The position numbers and the translations under genes are program-made. From NCBI GenBank assembly GCA_041180115.1, contig JBEGRZ010000002.1, forward strand, positions 13,615-77,614: a stretch of 64,000 bases of DNA, in the 5' to 3' direction. Every line of letters begins with the position of its first letter. The first letter of the stretch is position 1. The notes below the pieces were generated by a model. It did no database searches and was not told the DNA's origin. It was given only the letters and a program-made list of their open reading frames with translations. This document shows, one piece after another, positions 61,010-64,000 of this stretch. Source of the DNA: Actinomycetota bacterium (lineage in GTDB: Bacteria; Actinomycetota; Actinomycetes; Actinomycetales; Microbacteriaceae).

Positions 61010-62255
61010 TTCCGCCCTCAAGGTCTAGAAGGCCGAGACGCTTGCGCAACCACATCATCTGCTCGTAATTGATCACTGCGGTTTTGTTGGTGCCAGGCAG
61101 TTTCAGGAAGTACTCAAGCGCTGCGTTTTCGTCCTCAATTAGTTCACCGAAATCTAGGTTCTCGTAGGCGAGCCTTGTGGCCCACTGGTAAGTCTTGGTT
61201 CCCGAAATGACATCTGCATGGCGAAGTTTGCCGAGGTCAATATCGTAAATCCACGAAGGATCCGGCGTTCCCTCGTCAACGGAAATCCACACGGTCTTTG
61301 GACTCTCCTGCAATGCATCGAGGTTCGCCTGCAGGCTTGGCAAATTCTTCATCATGATGATTTCGATGTTCTGGCCCTGGTGATGAATAACTTCGCCACG
61401 ACCATAAACGGCTTGCAGTTCGGAAATCGCATCGGCGGCAACCTGCGCCTTGAAATCGGCGCCGATGATCTTCGATGCCATACCGATAGCCAGAGCCGCA
61501 TCGACGGCATAGTGAAGCCCTGCAGCCGGCAGAGTCAGCTCGACCGCGGCACCGCCGTGAGTGATGACCGCACGGTTCCCCGATGTTGAAACTAGATTGA
61601 TGATGTGTTGCAGGTCCGATTCATCTAAGTCAAAACTAGGTGCAGCCAGGATTCCATTTCTGGCCGATGCCACAGCTTCCTTGCTTGCGTAAACTCCGAA
61701 AGCCTTGAGACGTGCTCGGTGTCCCTTGGCTAGTCGTTCGGTATTCGGATCGGTTCCGTTGACCACCAGTAGTTCTTTAGTGAGAGTGGCCAGCTCGTCA
61801 AGGTAACCAAACACTTCTTCCGGTGAATGGAAGCGGTTCAGCTGATCAAACTGCAGGTTGGTTAGCAGTAGACCGTTTGGCGCAACCTTTTTGGCAATTA
61901 ACTTTCCGTAGGCTTCGTCAACTTCAAGCACAGCCACATCGTGATCAAGGCGTCCGAAGAGACTGACGTCGGCCAGCAGAGCCGATGCCAGTCCCTGCGG
62001 AAGGTTACCGCCAGCTGGGTTAGAAAGAACTCTTAGCCCATGAGCACGCAGAACCTTGACCAGCATTGCTGTTGTCGTTGATTTACCGTTGGATCCGCTT
62101 ACGAAATAGATTCCGCGCTGCATGCGGCCGAGAGTTTTCTGGAGGAACTTAGGCTCGATTGCTAGGGCGATTCGACCGGGAACGGCCGAACCACCACCAC
62201 GCAGCCTAAGGACAAAGCGAAGCGCCTTGCCCACCAGAACTGCCAGTGGAATCAT
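61002..62255 (-). CDS. murT: MurT-like Mur-ligase-family protein
   Basis: 417 aa. The P-loop VSGSNGKSTT, EVDE, TNLQFDQLNRF and the MurT C-terminal string DPSWIYDIDLGKL are present. There are no Cys codons in the ORF. Confidence 0.85.
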   Translation of the reverse strand: MIPLAVLVGKALRFVLRLRGGGSAVPGRIALAIEPKFLQKTLGRMQRGIYFVSGSNGKSTTTAMLVKVLRAHGLRVLSNPAGGNLPQGLASALLADVSLFGRLDHDVAVLEVDEAYGKLIAKKVAPNGLLLTNLQFDQLNRFHSPEEVFGYLDELATLTKELLVVNGTDPNTERLAKGHRARLKAFGVYASKEAVASARNGILAAPSFDLDESDLQHIINLVSTSGNRAVITHGGAAVELTLPAAGLHYAVDAALAIGMASKIIGADFKAQVAADAISELQAVYGRGEVIHHQGQNIEIIMMKNLPSLQANLDALQESPKTVWISVDEGTPDPSWIYDIDLGKLRHADVISGTKTYQWATRLAYENLDFGELIEDENAALEYFLKLPGTNKTAVINYEQMMWLRKRLGLLDLEGGNA

Positions 62256-62257
62256 CG

Positions 62258-63916
62258 CTAGTTTCCGCGGAACTCACTCAGACGCTGTGCACGGGTTGGG
62301 TGCTTCAGCTTCGAGATCGCCTTGTTTTCGATCTGGCGAATACGTTCACGAGTCACGCCGATTTCTTCACCAATCTGGTCAAGGGTCTTCGGGATTCCGT
62401 CGATCAGGCCGTAACGGTGACGAAGGATCAGCGCTTCGCGCTCGCTCATGGTCGAAAGGATTCTTTCGAGTTCACGCTTACGAGCAACCGCGGTCACTGC
62501 TTCTAGCGGGCTTACAGCCTCGGTGTCTTCGATGAGGTCACCGAACTCGCTGTCGCCATCCTCGCCAAGTGGGGTGCTTAGCGAGATTGGCTCACGACCG
62601 TACTTCTGAACTTCAACAACCTTTTCAGGGGTCATGTCAAGTTCACGAGCTAGTTCTTCTGGGGTCGGTTCACGGCCAAGATCTTGAAGCAACTGACGCT
62701 GTACACGAGCAAGCTTGTTGATAACTTCAACCATGTGTACCGGAATGCGAATGGTTCGCGCTTGGTCTGCCATGGCTCGGGTAATTGCCTGACGAATCCA
62801 CCAGGTTGCGTAGGTCGAGAACTTGTAGCCCTTGGTGTAGTCGAACTTCTCAACCGCACGGATCAGACCCAGGTTTCCTTCCTGGATTAGGTCTAGGAAC
62901 TGCATGCCACGCCCCGTGTAACGCTTGGCAAGGCTAACCACCAAACGAAGGTTGGCTTCGAGCAGGTGACTCTTGGCTCGCTCTCCGTCCTTCTTCACAC
63001 GGTTTAGGTCGTACTGCATCTCCTTCGAGAACTTTGCCTTAGGGTCGGCTAGTTTCTCAGCGGCGTAGAGACCAGCCTCGATTCGCTTCGCAAGTTCAAC
63101 CTCGAGCTCAGCATTTAGAAGCGCAACCTTACCGATCTGCTTCAGGTAGTCCTTGACTGGGTCAGCGGTCGCGCCGTTGATGGCTGCGGTCTGAACTGGA
63201 ATGTCGTTCTCTTCTTTGTTGCTGAGAACGAAACCACCGCCGGCTTCTACTAGCTTTTCTTTTTCCTTAGCCGATGCGTCTAGGCCAGATTCGTCGTCTG
63301 TCGACTCATCTTCAATTTCGGTTACGTCAACTTCAGCGGCTGCGTCCTTGACAATGTCTTCTACCGAGTCAAGCGGTTCGTCTTCATCGTCTAGCTCTTC
63401 GTCATCCTCGTCCATGCCCTTAGGTAGCTTGCCAGGTTTGCCCTTGGCCACCTTGGTCGCCTTGGCTGGCTTCGCTGCAGGACCAGTGCTCTTGGCGGCT
63501 TTGGCTGGCTTTTCAGTCTTTTCGGCGACAGGAGCTTCCGCCTTCTTGGTCTTTGGAGCAGCCTTAGCTGCAGGGGCTAAATCTTTAGCCTTCTTCTCCA
63601 CTGCAGGTTTTACGGCCTTTGCAGCTGGCGCGACCTTCTTAGCGGCAGGCTTAGCTGCCTCGGTCTTCTTTGGAGCAGCCTTGGTCGCAGGTGCAGCCTT
63701 CTTTGGAGTGGCTACTGCGGCAGGCTTCTTCGCAGCAGGCGCCTTGGCAGGTGTGGAAGTCGTTTTTGCAGGGGTGGTCTTGCTAATGGTGCTGGTTTCC
63801 TTTGCTTCTGTCATTGCCGCCGGAGCTTTTGGCTCCTGTTTGCCTGATCCAAACAGTCCTTTCAAAAAGGACTGCTTCTTGGCTGGCCCCTGGCCGTTCG
63901 CTTTGTCGTTCCCCAA
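62258..63916 (-). CDS. sigA: principal RNA polymerase sigma factor (SigA/HrdB/RpoD type)
   Basis: The C-terminal ~300 aa carry regions 1.2-4.2 ([83 protein letters not shown]). The N-terminal ~250 aa are low-complexity. The start is uncertain: TTG 63916 or ATG 63814. Confidence 0.95.
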   Translation of the reverse strand: MGNDKANGQGPAKKQSFLKGLFGSGKQEPKAPAAMTEAKETSTISKTTPAKTTSTPAKAPAAKKPAAVATPKKAAPATKAAPKKTEAAKPAAKKVAPAAKAVKPAVEKKAKDLAPAAKAAPKTKKAEAPVAEKTEKPAKAAKSTGPAAKPAKATKVAKGKPGKLPKGMDEDDEELDDEDEPLDSVEDIVKDAAAEVDVTEIEDESTDDESGLDASAKEKEKLVEAGGGFVLSNKEENDIPVQTAAINGATADPVKDYLKQIGKVALLNAELEVELAKRIEAGLYAAEKLADPKAKFSKEMQYDLNRVKKDGERAKSHLLEANLRLVVSLAKRYTGRGMQFLDLIQEGNLGLIRAVEKFDYTKGYKFSTYATWWIRQAITRAMADQARTIRIPVHMVEVINKLARVQRQLLQDLGREPTPEELARELDMTPEKVVEVQKYGREPISLSTPLGEDGDSEFGDLIEDTEAVSPLEAVTAVARKRELERILSTMSEREALILRHRYGLIDGIPKTLDQIGEEIGVTRERIRQIENKAISKLKHPTRAQRLSEFRGN

Positions 63917-64000
63917 CTGGACTCATCTCACTAGTAGGTGGCCGCCCGTATACCGAGCAGTACAAGGACCCATGTCAAATCCGAAAACTCGAAAAGACTG

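Noticed and set aside
1-64000. Search for CRISPR arrays, toxin-antitoxin pairs, restriction-modification or other defence systems, IS elements and prophage genes
   Set aside because: None was seen. There are no spaced direct repeats, every ORF of 100 aa or more is assigned to a housekeeping or conserved DUF family, and no small paired ORFs of unknown function occur.

Overview
This 64-kb window is a very compact stretch of actinobacterial core chromosome. By eye the GC content is moderate, roughly mid-50s %. Gene order matches the conserved Actinomycetota backbone. I call 61 protein genes, 3 tRNAs, 2 terminator hairpins and 3 candidate regulatory RNA/DNA sites. I saw no rRNA, CRISPR array, transposase, integrase, phage or recognisable defence genes.

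Gene order, left to right (all minus strand unless marked +):
- gmk' (partial), pyrF-carB-carA-pyrC-pyrB-pyrR, nusB-efp
- aroQ-aroB-aroK-aroC-aroE, mltG-ruvX-alaS
- two small membrane proteins, rpsD, rarA
- PPIase and DUF349 (+)
- relA, secF-secD-yajC, ruvB-ruvA-ruvC, yebC, pdxT-pdxS, HIT, thrS
- VIT1-family gene and mqo (+)
- tRNA-Val/Cys/Gly, two tandem amt genes, zapE
- sseA-sufE-RibD_C-DUF3000-rnd (+)
- dxs, acnA
- DUF3159, DUF3710 and dut, then DUF3093 (+), DUF4193, sepH (+)
- phosphodiesterase, parC (+), parE
- a two-gene alanine-racemase-like pair (+)
- gatD-like, murT-like, sigA

Packing is extreme. Many junctions are ATGA/TAATG overlaps, and convergent genes abut or overlap.

The most interesting region is 58.7-62.3 kb:
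- The MurT/GatD (lipid II amidation) homologue pair has a GatD with no cysteine at all. Its glutaminase Cys and His positions read Gly and Gln.
- The MurT has no cysteine either, so it cannot carry the Cys4 zinc ribbon.
- This pair is translationally coupled to sigA.
- It overlaps tail-to-tail a 'split' alanine-racemase-like pair. One ORF keeps the PLP-Lys barrel but has lost the catalytic-Tyr segment. The other is a stand-alone C-terminal domain that keeps that Tyr.
- I propose, as inference only, that these four genes form a non-canonical peptidoglycan-modification module.

Secondary observations:
- Of the two tandem amt genes, one has a twin-His to Glu-His pore.
- There is a PyrR RNA switch over the pyrR ribosome-binding site.
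- A candidate GlnR box lies upstream of the amt genes.
- Lys/Pro/Ala-rich tails occur on SigA, YajC and a small membrane protein.

All functional calls come from reading the translated ORFs against remembered family motifs. No database search was run.
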